Assembly (NCBI GenBank): GCA_044347025.1
Contig: JBIIYC010000002.1
Span: 1 to 38,035, forward strand
DNA from: Bdellovibrionota bacterium
GTDB lineage: Bacteria > Bdellovibrionota_C > UBA2361 > OMII01
Length of the DNA stretch: 38,035 nucleotides
Direction of reading: 5' to 3'
Shown one piece after another: positions 14,607-24,416 of this stretch. The translations under genes and the position numbers were made by a program. The stretch's first letter is position 1, and each line of letters starts with the position of its first letter. The notes beneath the pieces are model-generated. The model had not been told where the DNA came from and did no database searches. It worked only from the letters and a program-made list of their open reading frames with translations.

Positions 14607-17600
14607 TTACATAGGGGGGGCTAGCACCGTGAGTTTCTTGCGTCGTGGGGGCGTTGTGGGGGCTTGGGGCAAGACTTCAACGGCCTCCGCTGCTGCGGCC
14701 GGGGTAATACCTGTCGCAGAGGAGCCGGGCTTAGGCGAGCCTTTGGCGGTTTTGGGCTCAAAGGGGGTAAGAGATGTTCCAGCCTGCTCAATCATCGGAA
14801 CCAGTGAAGGAGCCAATACCTTGAGAAGTTCGGCAGCCAGGGCGCTCGTGAAATCGAACTTGGCGGCATCAGGGCCGGGCACATGCGCCGAAATGACTCC
14901 AAAAAAACGGTCGCCGATGTAGAAGGCGAAGGTTGCGGTGCGGTTGACTACTCGGGATGAGGTTACCTGACCTCCTGGTCCATATGTTTCAAAGCGATGA
15001 TCTCCGGTTCCGGTTTTTCCGCCTATGACATAGGGTTTTCCGTCCGAGCGCACATACGAGTTGAACACGCGGCGGGCCGTTCCGGATTCAACAACATTAC
15101 CCATGGCACGCTTGAGAGCTTGCGCCACTTCCTTTTTGAGCACCCGCTCTCCCTGTCCTTTGTTTACCCGAGCAAGTGTTATATCGTATGGGGTCTCTGC
15201 CGCGAAGTGTAACTCGTTCAGCCGCACCGACGGGTAGCGGATACCGTCATTCAAAATGATACCAACAAGCTCAGCCAGAGCTATGGGGCGATCTCCGGAG
15301 CTTCCAATCGCAGACGCGAGCGAGGGAACCATGGAGTTAAACGGATATCCGACCTTTTTCCACTGCTTGTGGATCTCGCTAAACGATTCATTCTCCATCA
15401 ATGTGCGAATGCGGATATCTTGGGCTCGAAGATGAGGTGTCTTGAAAAGCCATTCATACACCTGTTGGCGTTCTGATTGGCTTGCGTTAAGCATCTCTGA
15501 AACAGTGGCATTCGGGTGATCTTGAAGATACTTTACCAGCCACAGTTCGAGGGGATGAACGCGAGCTAAAAATCCCTGGTCATTCAAATTGAACTTTCCG
15601 GGACCGAGCTCGTTGTACCATTTTTCCAGAAGTGGTTGTGAGATCGTTGCTTGCGGAACCTGAGTACGGAGAAACGTCATGAGGGAGTCCAGTGAGTCAT
15701 TTGGCCGTACGTATCGAAACATAGCAGTCGCATGACGAGCAGATGCTCGGGTGTTTGTCACAAGCGCAGGAAGTAGTTCGTTCGAAGGCTTTCCTCGATA
15801 CTTTTCATAGAAACGCTTGAGGAAGTAACTCCCTTCCTGGTCCGCAAACTTAGATAGAAAATGCATCCGTACCGGACTTTTTCGATCTGTTGTTGCCCCC
15901 CCGAGCTTCTGACTGATGCGCTGTGTGTAGTAGCGCGAGATATCCCGCATCAGGCGAATGAACGGTAGGTTAAGTGAGTGAGTGAGGGCATCCCCGATGG
16001 TTGGATTTTTGCCGTTATCCTCTTTTTTGAAGTTTTCGAAGGTGTGAATGCCTCCGCCAGTAAAGAAGCTCTCATAGGGGCTTGCTGAATATTTCCGCTG
16101 TAAGGCGAGATCCAGCAGGGAAGAGAGCTCGATCTTTGGATTGCGTACCAAAGTTTCGACGACGAATGACGAGATCGGATCGAGGTCAGCTCGGTCCGCT
16201 TTTCGAAGTTCTGTGGGGCTCATGGAAGAATAGCGGTCGTAGCATTCTCCGACAACGTCCAGGTACGTAGTTAGAGTGCGGAGCTTTGCCGTCGAACCGA
16301 GATCAAGACGAGCGCCCTCATTCACGCTAAATGGATTGTCGAAATTGTCGGTTTGAACCCGCAATAGATTCGCATCTCCAACGTGCTCAAACAGGGTGAG
16401 GCTGTAGATTACTTTTGAAGGGTCCCCTTTATCGAGGTTTCGTGCTCCACTCAATCCGAACTTTTTGACGCTCTCTTCGTCCTTAATCTGTCGTAAAATA
16501 TTGGTTACCGATTCGTTCGCATCGTTGTTCATGGTGCTTTTCACCGTCAGGTCTACCTGGTCTAGATCGTAGAGCTGAGGGTACTTCAGAAGTTGGAGCA
16601 GTCGTGTGCGGATGGCGTTCGCTGCTTTCCGCTGCACGAATGACACTGATTGCGATTTAGGAGCCGCCCGCCGCAGTGTCAGCTTGACAGATTTGGCGGC
16701 ATCTCGGAGTGCAGGAGAGATAACCCCCTCCTTGGCGAGAAGATCGAGGTAGGTATTCGTGAGGGCGTTAAGTTCACTCAGTCCAGCAATCAGATAAAAG
16801 CTCGGACGACGATGTGCGATAAACAAGCTGAGCATCTGTTTGTACGCCTCTGCGTATGGACGCACATCAGCGTTATTCGGGAGTGACCCCAGGGCGCGTA
16901 GAGAATCATTCACCTCATCAAAATCGGCTCCGTACCATGCCCACAATCCATCTCCGAGGCCATTAACCTCCCCGTAGCCCCGAAGCGCGGCGAGTGGAAT
17001 CGAGTTAATGTATTGCTGCAGGATCAACTTACGGGTTTTGAGGGTATTGCGGCCATGCATATATGCCCGCACACTCGCCGAGGCCATTTGAAGAAGCTTG
17101 TCTTTGATTCCGCCAGTTCGCCCCTCTTTTGAGTGCCGATACTTCTCAAGTTGTGTTGCGATAGTGCTACCGCCGGGAGCGTTGAGGTCGGGATTGTAGA
17201 TCTGCTTGAGCTTCTCAAGGATCGCTTTTCCGAAACGATCCCACTCCACAGCCGGATTTTTATACGGGAACTGTTGGTTCAAGATCTCCCGGTTCTCGAT
17301 GTAGAGGAGCGCTTGAATAGTGGCCGAGGGGATAGATTCGAACGACTCATACATCCGTTCCGGTCTGTAGGCCGAGTAGATCGTCGTGTTTTTGTCATCA
17401 AGGATGGTCAGCCCAGCCTTCGTCTTCTCAAAGTAGGGCGGGTATAATCCCTCTTCAGCCAGACTCAGAAAGCGCGGAGAGAGTCGAGCCTGGGAGGATA
17501 TTTCAAAACCATTTTCCAAAAGGTTTTTGATAATGAGCGGTATGCGGGTGTAGCCGAGCCTCTGGTCATATGGACCGAAGCTCGGATACCAGGCGTCAGG

Positions 17601-17879
17601 GCGAGCTCCGGGCTTGACCGTGAAGGTGGCTTCCTTGGCGATGCGGGTGAAGTAGCGCGACTGTAGCGTCGAGGTCCGAAGCTCCCAGACGAGAAGGACG
17701 CCGAGGACGACAGCGACGATACCGGCAGCGATAGCTAGAGACCTGAGCCGTTTCCGACGATTTCTCGGGCGGGGAGTGAGAGCCGCCTGCTCTCCGAGGG
17801 GCGCCACAGGGCCTTGAGACTGGCTTGGGCCGGTCGGCTGAGTGGGCTTCAGAGGGGTTGAGGCGGTTGTTTCGCTCAC
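14607..17879 (-). CDS. Class A penicillin-binding protein (GT51 transglycosylase plus transpeptidase), unusually long
   Basis: The N-terminal TM anchor is LAIAAGIVAVVLGVLLVW. GT51 motifs are LLYIENREIL, GGSTIATQLEKY and KLILQQYINSIPL. Transpeptidase motifs are STAK (LGSTAKLRTL), SLN and KTG (GGKTGTGDH). The start is GTG. Confidence 0.8.
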   Translation of the reverse strand: MSETTASTPLKPTQPTGPSQSQGPVAPLGEQAALTPRPRNRRKRLRSLAIAAGIVAVVLGVLLVWELRTSTLQSRYFTRIAKEATFTVKPGARPDAWYPSFGPYDQRLGYTRIPLIIKNLLENGFEISSQARLSPRFLSLAEEGLYPPYFEKTKAGLTILDDKNTTIYSAYRPERMYESFESIPSATIQALLYIENREILNQQFPYKNPAVEWDRFGKAILEKLKQIYNPDLNAPGGSTIATQLEKYRHSKEGRTGGIKDKLLQMASASVRAYMHGRNTLKTRKLILQQYINSIPLAALRGYGEVNGLGDGLWAWYGADFDEVNDSLRALGSLPNNADVRPYAEAYKQMLSLFIAHRRPSFYLIAGLSELNALTNTYLDLLAKEGVISPALRDAAKSVKLTLRRAAPKSQSVSFVQRKAANAIRTRLLQLLKYPQLYDLDQVDLTVKSTMNNDANESVTNILRQIKDEESVKKFGLSGARNLDKGDPSKVIYSLTLFEHVGDANLLRVQTDNFDNPFSVNEGARLDLGSTAKLRTLTTYLDVVGECYDRYSSMSPTELRKADRADLDPISSFVVETLVRNPKIELSSLLDLALQRKYSASPYESFFTGGGIHTFENFKKEDNGKNPTIGDALTHSLNLPFIRLMRDISRYYTQRISQKLGGATTDRKSPVRMHFLSKFADQEGSYFLKRFYEKYRGKPSNELLPALVTNTRASARHATAMFRYVRPNDSLDSLMTFLRTQVPQATISQPLLEKWYNELGPGKFNLNDQGFLARVHPLELWLVKYLQDHPNATVSEMLNASQSERQQVYEWLFKTPHLRAQDIRIRTLMENESFSEIHKQWKKVGYPFNSMVPSLASAIGSSGDRPIALAELVGIILNDGIRYPSVRLNELHFAAETPYDITLARVNKGQGERVLKKEVAQALKRAMGNVVESGTARRVFNSYVRSDGKPYVIGGKTGTGDHRFETYGPGGQVTSSRVVNRTATFAFYIGDRFFGVISAHVPGPDAAKFDFTSALAAELLKVLAPSLVPMIEQAGTSLTPFEPKTAKGSPKPGSSATGITPAAAAEAVEVLPQAPTTPPRRKKLTVLAPPM

Positions 17880-18002
17880 GGCAGAATAGGGGTGAAGATA
17901 CTCATACGATAGATGCTTTTAATTTCCCTGTAGGTCCAGCTAAGTTACCATGTCTACAATAAAAATGTATGAATTGCTGAACAACTATCGATCGAGTGAC
18001 CA

Positions 18003-19142
18003 ATGACGGAACAAACATCGGCTCAATTTGTACACCGACCGACCTTCGCAGAGGTATCGCTACCTGCGCTCCGTCACAACTTTGAGCAGATAAAGAAACT
18101 TGTTTCCCCGGCAAAGGTCATGGCGGTTGTGAAAGCCAACGGCTACGGACACGGAATCTTCACAGTCGCTGCCGAGTTGGAGCGGCTCGGAATCGATTCT
18201 CTCGGGGTCGCTTACATTGAAGAGGCATTGGACCTGCGGAGAGCCGGGATAACAACTCCTATCCTGGTTTTTGGGGGGCTTCTTAAAGATCAACTCGACC
18301 TTTACATCGTGCATGATGTGGATGTCACTGCATCTTCGGTGAGCAAGCTGCAGCAAATAGATGAGTCCGCGCGAAAACATGGCAAGCGGGCTCGGGTACA
18401 TCTCAAGATTGATACCGGTTTGGAGCGGATCGGGGTGCATTATTACACGGCACAAACGCTATTCGACGCTGCGCTGCGCGTGAAGCATTGCGATGTCGTC
18501 GGGGTGTATTCTCATTTCGCTGATGTAAATCCGGAGGATCTCTCGTTGGCGCGGGAGCAGCTGCGGCGGTTTCTGGAAGCCCTCCAGTACTATGAGTCGC
18601 GCTCGAACGGGCCGTTCGACCGTCATATCGCAGCATCGGGAGGGCTGCTTGCGTTGCCCGAGAGCCACCTCGACATGGTTCGACCCGGCCTTGCCCTGTA
18701 CGGAGTCTATCCGCATCACGCGATGCGATCAGCGGCAGCTCTTCGCCCAACGCTGGCCTTAAAAAGTCAGGTGGTGTTTTTCAAGGTAGTTCGCAAGGGA
18801 GCTGGGGTGAGTTACGGACACCGCTGGCATGCTCCGGAGGATTCGAGAGTTGTAACCGTCCCGATCGGGTATGGGGATGGGTATCCGCGAAGTCTCACCA
18901 ATCGGGGCTCTGCGCTTATTCGTGGTTCGAAATATCCGATTGTGGGTGCTGTGTGTATGGATCAACTCATGGTGAATCTCGGTGCGAATGGCGAGGGATT
19001 CAATGGCGATGAGGTCGTTCTGATCGGTGAGCAGGGGCACAATGTAATCACGGTCGAAGAGCTTGCAATGGCGATGGACACGACACCCCACGAAATCCTG
19101 GTAACGCTTAATCAGCGAATTCCGCGGATAGTGCGAGGATAA
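18003..19142 (+). CDS. alr: Alanine racemase
   Basis: The PLP-lysine motif is VVKANGYGHG. Also present are PIGYGDGYPRSL, CMDQLMV and the C-terminal TTPHEILVTLNQRIPR. Confidence 0.92.
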   Translation: MTEQTSAQFVHRPTFAEVSLPALRHNFEQIKKLVSPAKVMAVVKANGYGHGIFTVAAELERLGIDSLGVAYIEEALDLRRAGITTPILVFGGLLKDQLDLYIVHDVDVTASSVSKLQQIDESARKHGKRARVHLKIDTGLERIGVHYYTAQTLFDAALRVKHCDVVGVYSHFADVNPEDLSLAREQLRRFLEALQYYESRSNGPFDRHIAASGGLLALPESHLDMVRPGLALYGVYPHHAMRSAAALRPTLALKSQVVFFKVVRKGAGVSYGHRWHAPEDSRVVTVPIGYGDGYPRSLTNRGSALIRGSKYPIVGAVCMDQLMVNLGANGEGFNGDEVVLIGEQGHNVITVEELAMAMDTTPHEILVTLNQRIPRIVRG

Positions 19143-19175
19143 CCGGCGCGCGACTCAGTCGCCCATGAAGGGCGA

Positions 19176-20318
19176 TCATCCAACCACGGATGCCTTTTGA
19201 ACCACGAAGTTGCAGAAGTCCGACCGGTGGCTGGTTCGTTGCTCCCGAGCCCAGGCAATGTGCGCCGTGTTGAGCAGATCCACGAGGGTACGAAATTCCT
19301 GATGCTCGCCGTCTCTGGAGAGATAGGCTGCTAGCACATGAGAGGGGGGATCGATAAGTTGATTCCGCAACGTTTTTGCAAGCAGTTTTGATAGCGGCTG
19401 CTCAGGATCGGTAGGACTCACAGTGTGGGCAAAGGCTTCGTGAATTGCATGGCTGGGTGTGCCAAAAGCGCGGAGAATGCGAGCGGATATGAAGCCTTGA
19501 GCGCGGAATTGGGTGCGAGAGCCAGGCGCCGCGCCATCCAGGTGGAGTATGTCGTTTACAACATCCTCCAGAGGTCGAATTGAGGGGACGCGCACAGACT
19601 CGATCATATCCCTGACCTCACGGATGTACCCCTCGCAGAGAGAAAACCTCGCTTCGAATTCGGCAAAAGACTGTTTGCATAGAGAGTACCCCGCACACGA
19701 AACTGCGACAGCCACAGGCCCAGGGGTGGTCGCCCACGCTCCTAAAGCTCCTCCTGCTCCCACGAGACAGCTGGCAATAGATTTGCCGTATGAGATGTTT
19801 CGAAGCACATCGTTTTCCATGTTGGCGACGAATATCTCCTCGCAATCCAGTGGAATCTCCCCGTCGCGAAGGAGGGCAGCTGGAACCTGATCGATCGCCG
19901 CGTAGCCGTTGATATGCCCAAGAGCGTCGAGCCCGAACGCTGCGGCCCGTGCCACTTCGGCATCGAAGACCGCCCGTCGATCGAGCCTCGCGAAGAATTG
20001 CAAAAGGTACGAATGGAGATCAGGGAAACGAGCGTTGTCGATGATGTGAGTCGCGCTCTCAAGTATGTCCGCCTCGACTTCAGCTGCACCACGGTCGATC
20101 TGCTCTCGTCGCTCGATAAGGAGTGCTCGTAGGTCTCCCCCAGGTAAGAGCTCAAGCGCTTCGTCGAAGCAGGAAAGGGCCTGATACGGCAGCCGAAACT
20201 CAATTGGTAGTGTAGCGTCTGAGAGAGACGAGGCACGTGACGATGGCAACTCGTGTTGGCAGTGCTGCCATGCACATTCGAGCCTTTGAGTTCGAGGGGA
20301 CAGCGGTGTGTTAACCAT
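19176..20318 (-). CDS. Hypothetical protein (no recognisable family)
   Basis: A 380-aa ORF with an ATG start and no Shine-Dalgarno. It has one hydrophobic patch, SCLVGAGGALGAWATTPGPVAVAVSCAGY. It converges on alr across a small hairpin (tcgccc-atgaa-gggcga, 19159..19175). Confidence 0.5.
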   Translation of the reverse strand: MVNTPLSPRTQRLECAWQHCQHELPSSRASSLSDATLPIEFRLPYQALSCFDEALELLPGGDLRALLIERREQIDRGAAEVEADILESATHIIDNARFPDLHSYLLQFFARLDRRAVFDAEVARAAAFGLDALGHINGYAAIDQVPAALLRDGEIPLDCEEIFVANMENDVLRNISYGKSIASCLVGAGGALGAWATTPGPVAVAVSCAGYSLCKQSFAEFEARFSLCEGYIREVRDMIESVRVPSIRPLEDVVNDILHLDGAAPGSRTQFRAQGFISARILRAFGTPSHAIHEAFAHTVSPTDPEQPLSKLLAKTLRNQLIDPPSHVLAAYLSRDGEHQEFRTLVDLLNTAHIAWAREQRTSHRSDFCNFVVQKASVVG

Positions 20319-20669
20319 ACGCTGAAGGGGGAGTGTAGCCTAGAAGGAGCTCATTTCAAGTAAAAAATCGTTCTCTTGGCCCGCATCCCCTGTGCCACCA
20401 TCGAGGGCGGGATGGGAAAAGTGGGCGCAGATGGGTGCCCCGCACTCGCGTTGTCTTACTTGCGGACGGGGTTTTCTCGAGGCTGAACGTGCCCCGTGCG
20501 TCATAGAGTATCGGATAAGGCAGGCCTATCGTGCTGTACCCTCACGGGGATCGAACCTAAGGGGTAAAAGCCGCGACCCCGTCGCTATTCAGTGAGTAAG
20601 GTATGTCCGCCTATCCGAGAGGGGGGCTCAGATGTCGGCGGGCTGATACCTGTCTCGCAATCGGTTCCT

Positions 20670-22544
20670 TTATGGCTGCGCTGAAACGCTCGCCTGGTAG
20701 CGCTTGAGTGCCTCAACGTCGACCACAATTGCGCGGTCATCAACGTAGCGAAGAAAGCTGGCCGAAACATCTTTTGGCATGCTGAGCAGCTTTCGTCCGA
20801 GATACTCGCTGGGCGCGTGACGCGCTAGCTCGCGAATCAAACCGTTAAAAGGGGCGTAGTACTTTACTTTTGCAAGGCGATCGCCAAAAAGGCTGTGCCG
20901 ATCAAAGATGAAGTAGGAGATCTTCTCCGACCCAACGTGAGTCAAGAAGTCCTCGATGGTCAAAGCGTAGTTCGCTCGCAGTGAGATCTCGAGTCTGCGA
21001 CGCGCTTCCTGCCAGTAGCCGGTGTAAAATGGGTGCGCGGTTTCGGATGTAATGAAGCCCTTGCGCTCGGCAAATAGCTGAACGGGATCGATATAGATCG
21101 GCTCTCCTGCGATGACGGCATCCAGTGGCGTGTTTGCTCGGACCCAGTCGAACACGCGTCCACGGCGATACCGATCGTAGTTGAAATTTGCTGCTCCGTA
21201 GAGCCCGGTGCCAGAGCCCGCGAAGATAATAACCGCCACGCCGATCAATCCTATCACACCTCGAGACAATCCCGCGCGCGAGATAGATCTCCCCGAGCTT
21301 TGAGTTGCTCGTTGCATAGGCCCGGTCGCAACGCGCCAGATAGCTGCGGAGAATCCCACTATACATAAGAGCGCAAAGGGAAACTGTAAGTGGCGGTCAG
21401 GCACGAAGAGTTTGAAAGCGAGGATTCGCGAGGCGATGTATACGACCGCGGATGCGAGGCCGTACGCGATAAAGAGCCCCGGAAAAACCAGCGTCCGTCG
21501 TCGCGCGCCAGCCACGAGGAGAATGAGTGCAAGCGTTGCAACGATTACGGGGGTATACGCCCGCATGATGCTCGCGCTCCTGTAGAGCCGAGGGGTCGTG
21601 AATGCCTGGAATGCAAATGATGACACCTCTTGCGACATCGGCTTGAAGGGTACAAATGGAAAGCGTCCCTTTGGTTCATTCGCTGAGAACTCCGGTCTCT
21701 GCAGCGCTTGCTCGTAGGTGGTCATGCTTCCGAATTCTGCTGGCTTTGCCACTGACCACGCGGTGACCGCCACAAAGATAGGCCCGAGGACGACGAGCTC
21801 AAGGAACGGTCGTTTGTAGAGGGCGCGTGTGCTCGGTCGACACACCTGCACTAGAAGGTACAAACCATACGCAAGGCAGATAGCGACCGTAGAGGGTGGG
21901 TGAATGACGCACGCTACAGCAATCGTGGCTAGGATTCCACGATGGTTTTGCTTGGCAGCGAAGTAGAGAAAAGCTGCGATGATCGGCGCAGCCCAACCGC
22001 GAGGGAGGCCGGCTGTTATTCGCTGAACCACATGCCGCGTATGCAGAAACCAGGTAACTGCAAAGAGCGCCGGTGCATAGCTCTTGGTGAGCGCCCGTAC
22101 TGCGCCGAAGATAAACCCCACGGTGGCCATGAGCTGTACAAGCATCAGCCAGTGGCCCGTCATGATCGGATCGCGCGTCAGCAGCGTGATGGCGTACCCC
22201 AGCCAATAGTGTCCGGGGGGGATGTAGTTGATCATCATCGACGTGACGAAGTCATTCTCGAATGCGGTCGGGTCTACGGCCCGCCAGAACGGATACGTCT
22301 GTTGCAGAGAGTCGTCGGTGAGCCAGAGGGGATTGAACCAGAAGGGAGCGATGCCGACGGCGCTCTTCGAGGCGCCCCACAGGAAGAAGTAGACATAGAC
22401 GATCAAGAGTAGCCCGGCTGCATAGTCGGCAAAGGAGAGCGTGCGAAGGAATGAGCCTAACGCCGAGCTGGTCGCCCTGGCGGAGGGCGCGGAATCGGTT
22501 GTGGGTCGCTGGGGCGCAGTTGGTAGTGCATTACCTGTAGTCAT
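20670..22544 (-). CDS. Polytopic integral membrane protein, possibly a GT-C-type glycosyltransferase or polymerase
   Basis: 624 aa with more than 10 hydrophobic segments (LLLIVYVYFFLWG, WLMLVQLMATVGFIFGAV, PIIAAFLYFAA, VIVATLALILLVAG and others) followed by a soluble ~190-aa C-terminal domain. It sits next to glycosyltransferase and methyltransferase genes. Confidence 0.7.
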   Translation of the reverse strand: MTTGNALPTAPQRPTTDSAPSARATSSALGSFLRTLSFADYAAGLLLIVYVYFFLWGASKSAVGIAPFWFNPLWLTDDSLQQTYPFWRAVDPTAFENDFVTSMMINYIPPGHYWLGYAITLLTRDPIMTGHWLMLVQLMATVGFIFGAVRALTKSYAPALFAVTWFLHTRHVVQRITAGLPRGWAAPIIAAFLYFAAKQNHRGILATIAVACVIHPPSTVAICLAYGLYLLVQVCRPSTRALYKRPFLELVVLGPIFVAVTAWSVAKPAEFGSMTTYEQALQRPEFSANEPKGRFPFVPFKPMSQEVSSFAFQAFTTPRLYRSASIMRAYTPVIVATLALILLVAGARRRTLVFPGLFIAYGLASAVVYIASRILAFKLFVPDRHLQFPFALLCIVGFSAAIWRVATGPMQRATQSSGRSISRAGLSRGVIGLIGVAVIIFAGSGTGLYGAANFNYDRYRRGRVFDWVRANTPLDAVIAGEPIYIDPVQLFAERKGFITSETAHPFYTGYWQEARRRLEISLRANYALTIEDFLTHVGSEKISYFIFDRHSLFGDRLAKVKYYAPFNGLIRELARHAPSEYLGRKLLSMPKDVSASFLRYVDDRAIVVDVEALKRYQASVSAQP

Positions 22545-22700
22545 GCCGGGAGGATACGGGATTTACGGGGGAATGGCTAGAACGGGGTGGAGCGGGTTGA
22601 GGACCGGCTGGTAGACCGGCAAAACCGAACCCTAGGCACGCCCGGCTGAATCTTAACCTGGGCCTATAAGAGCGCTACAGATGCGACTTTCGGACGGTGC

Positions 22701-24257
22701 ATGGCTACAATCCTGACAATAACGGAGACCATCCTACTTGGCGGCGCCAATCGGGCCTTCATCGCCGGCGCATCGCATTCCGCTCGAGCGAGTGGCAATT
22801 GCTACCAGCTCCTGTCCCTGACGCCTGAGAGCGACGATCCTGCTGCATGTAGCTTTGCAGAGCAGAACGGAATTCGCGTTGTACGGGCCCACTCCGAGGA
22901 TGAGCTCAATGCATTGATTGCGAGCGCTGATATCGTGCTTCTCAATTGGTGGAGTAGTCCTGATATGGGGCGATTCATGCAACGACACCTTCCAGAGTGT
23001 CGCTTGGCAGCCTGGATGCATGTAGGAGGGCATACAGATCCTCAGCGAGTACCTGATAGCTTTGTTGAATATGTGGACCTCGCCATTGCGTGCAGTCCTT
23101 ACACCGCTGAGTGCGATGCCTTTAACAACCTGTCTGTCGATACTCGACTTGAAAAGACTGCGATGGTGTATGCACCAACTGACCGCACGCGGTTGCATGA
23201 CTTCAAACCGATCCCGCATCATGGATTCAATGTTGGATATATCGGCACCGTGCATTTTCTTAAAATGCACCAGAACTACGTGCGGATGTCCGCAGCCGTT
23301 GCTGTGCCGGAGAGTCGCTTTCTTGTGTTTGGTTCGGGCGGGTATCAGCCACTACTCAAGGCGCAGGCGCGAGAGCTTGGAGCGGAGAATCGGTTTGTGT
23401 TTCATGGCCCGACTGAAAATATTGCCGAGGCTATCGGGCTATTTGATGTATACGGCTATCCCCTGTGTGAAGACACGTATGCAGCGTGTGAGTTAAATCT
23501 CCAAGAGGTGATGTACTGCGGAATTGTCCCGGTTGTCTTCCCACACGGCGGATGTAAGCGTTTGATCGTTGATAACTTTACCGGATTCATCGTGAAAAGT
23601 GAGCGGGAGTACGCACAAGCGATCGAGTATCTATACCATCATCCAGATGAGCGACGCAGAATGGGAACCAATGCCGCCGAGTATGCCCGGCAGATCTTCT
23701 CGCCCGAGCGCTCCGGAGCTGAGCTCAATGCCTTGTGGAATCGGTTGCTGCTAAAACCGAAAACCAAAAAACAACCGTTGCGATCGGCGCTTCACATTCC
23801 TTTTTCGGAGCGGTCGTCGGGGGTAGCTCAGTTTCTGGAGACGCTCGGTCCTACGAGAGCTCGTTTTCAAGCGACACTTGGATGCGGGGATTATATTCCG
23901 CTCTTCAACGCGGATGCGGAGATAATGAACTCCTCACCCCTTCTAAAGCACGGCGGGATTCTACGCTACGCGTCGGCGTATCCGACCGATCCCTATCTCA
24001 ACTTTTGGGCAGCACTCTCCCTGTGGAGTGAACAGGTTCGGCTTGGAGATGCCTGCATCAAGTTCTTTGAGGCGATTCGTAACGGCTTCCCTCATTGGCG
24101 GCCGTGGTGGTATCTCGCCCAGATTGCAAGAAGCCTTGGGGATGCGGGGTTAGCCACTCGGGCGCTTGAGGAGGTTCTACGCCTGGCACCGGAGTTCCCT
24201 CAAGCGCGTATGGCCTACGCACAGCTTGTGCAGCCTCCAGTAAGTTCTGGTACTTAG
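22701..24257 (+). CDS. GT-B glycosyltransferase (GT4/GT1-like) fused to a C-terminal TPR-like region
   Basis: The N-terminus TILLGGANRAFIAGA and the catalytic-end motif region YPLCEDTYAACELNLQEVMYCGIVPVVFPHGGCKRLIVDNFTGFIVKSEREYAQAIEYL are typical of GT4 enzymes. The C-terminus AQIARSLGDAGLATRALEEVLRLAPEFPQARMAYAQL is TPR-like. Confidence 0.75.
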   Translation: MATILTITETILLGGANRAFIAGASHSARASGNCYQLLSLTPESDDPAACSFAEQNGIRVVRAHSEDELNALIASADIVLLNWWSSPDMGRFMQRHLPECRLAAWMHVGGHTDPQRVPDSFVEYVDLAIACSPYTAECDAFNNLSVDTRLEKTAMVYAPTDRTRLHDFKPIPHHGFNVGYIGTVHFLKMHQNYVRMSAAVAVPESRFLVFGSGGYQPLLKAQARELGAENRFVFHGPTENIAEAIGLFDVYGYPLCEDTYAACELNLQEVMYCGIVPVVFPHGGCKRLIVDNFTGFIVKSEREYAQAIEYLYHHPDERRRMGTNAAEYARQIFSPERSGAELNALWNRLLLKPKTKKQPLRSALHIPFSERSSGVAQFLETLGPTRARFQATLGCGDYIPLFNADAEIMNSSPLLKHGGILRYASAYPTDPYLNFWAALSLWSEQVRLGDACIKFFEAIRNGFPHWRPWWYLAQIARSLGDAGLATRALEEVLRLAPEFPQARMAYAQLVQPPVSSGT

Positions 24258-24416
24258 CAGGGTGATGGGTGTCCGAGTTTATCCGCCAGGCGAGAGGCCC
24301 TCGCCAACTACCTAAGTAGCGCGATTCTTTGAGAATCACTATCCCGCACCTTCGAATCTAATTGAGACGATTTCACGACGAGCAGTAGCACAACTTTTCA
24401 CGAGGGAGCCCGATCC

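Noticed and set aside
20319-20669. A 350-bp GC-rich intergenic region with a T-loop-like GGTTCGATCC on the minus strand (~20558..20567) suggested a tRNA, tmRNA or RNase P RNA.
   Set aside because: The flanking bases do not form a T-stem (TTAGG versus CCCGT), and there is no acceptor stem or CCA context. I could not find tmRNA 5'/3' pairing, a tag reading frame or RNase P conserved boxes (GAGGAAAGTCC). A weak hairpin plus TTTT on the plus strand (~20438..20475) is too imperfect to call. A cmscan would settle it.
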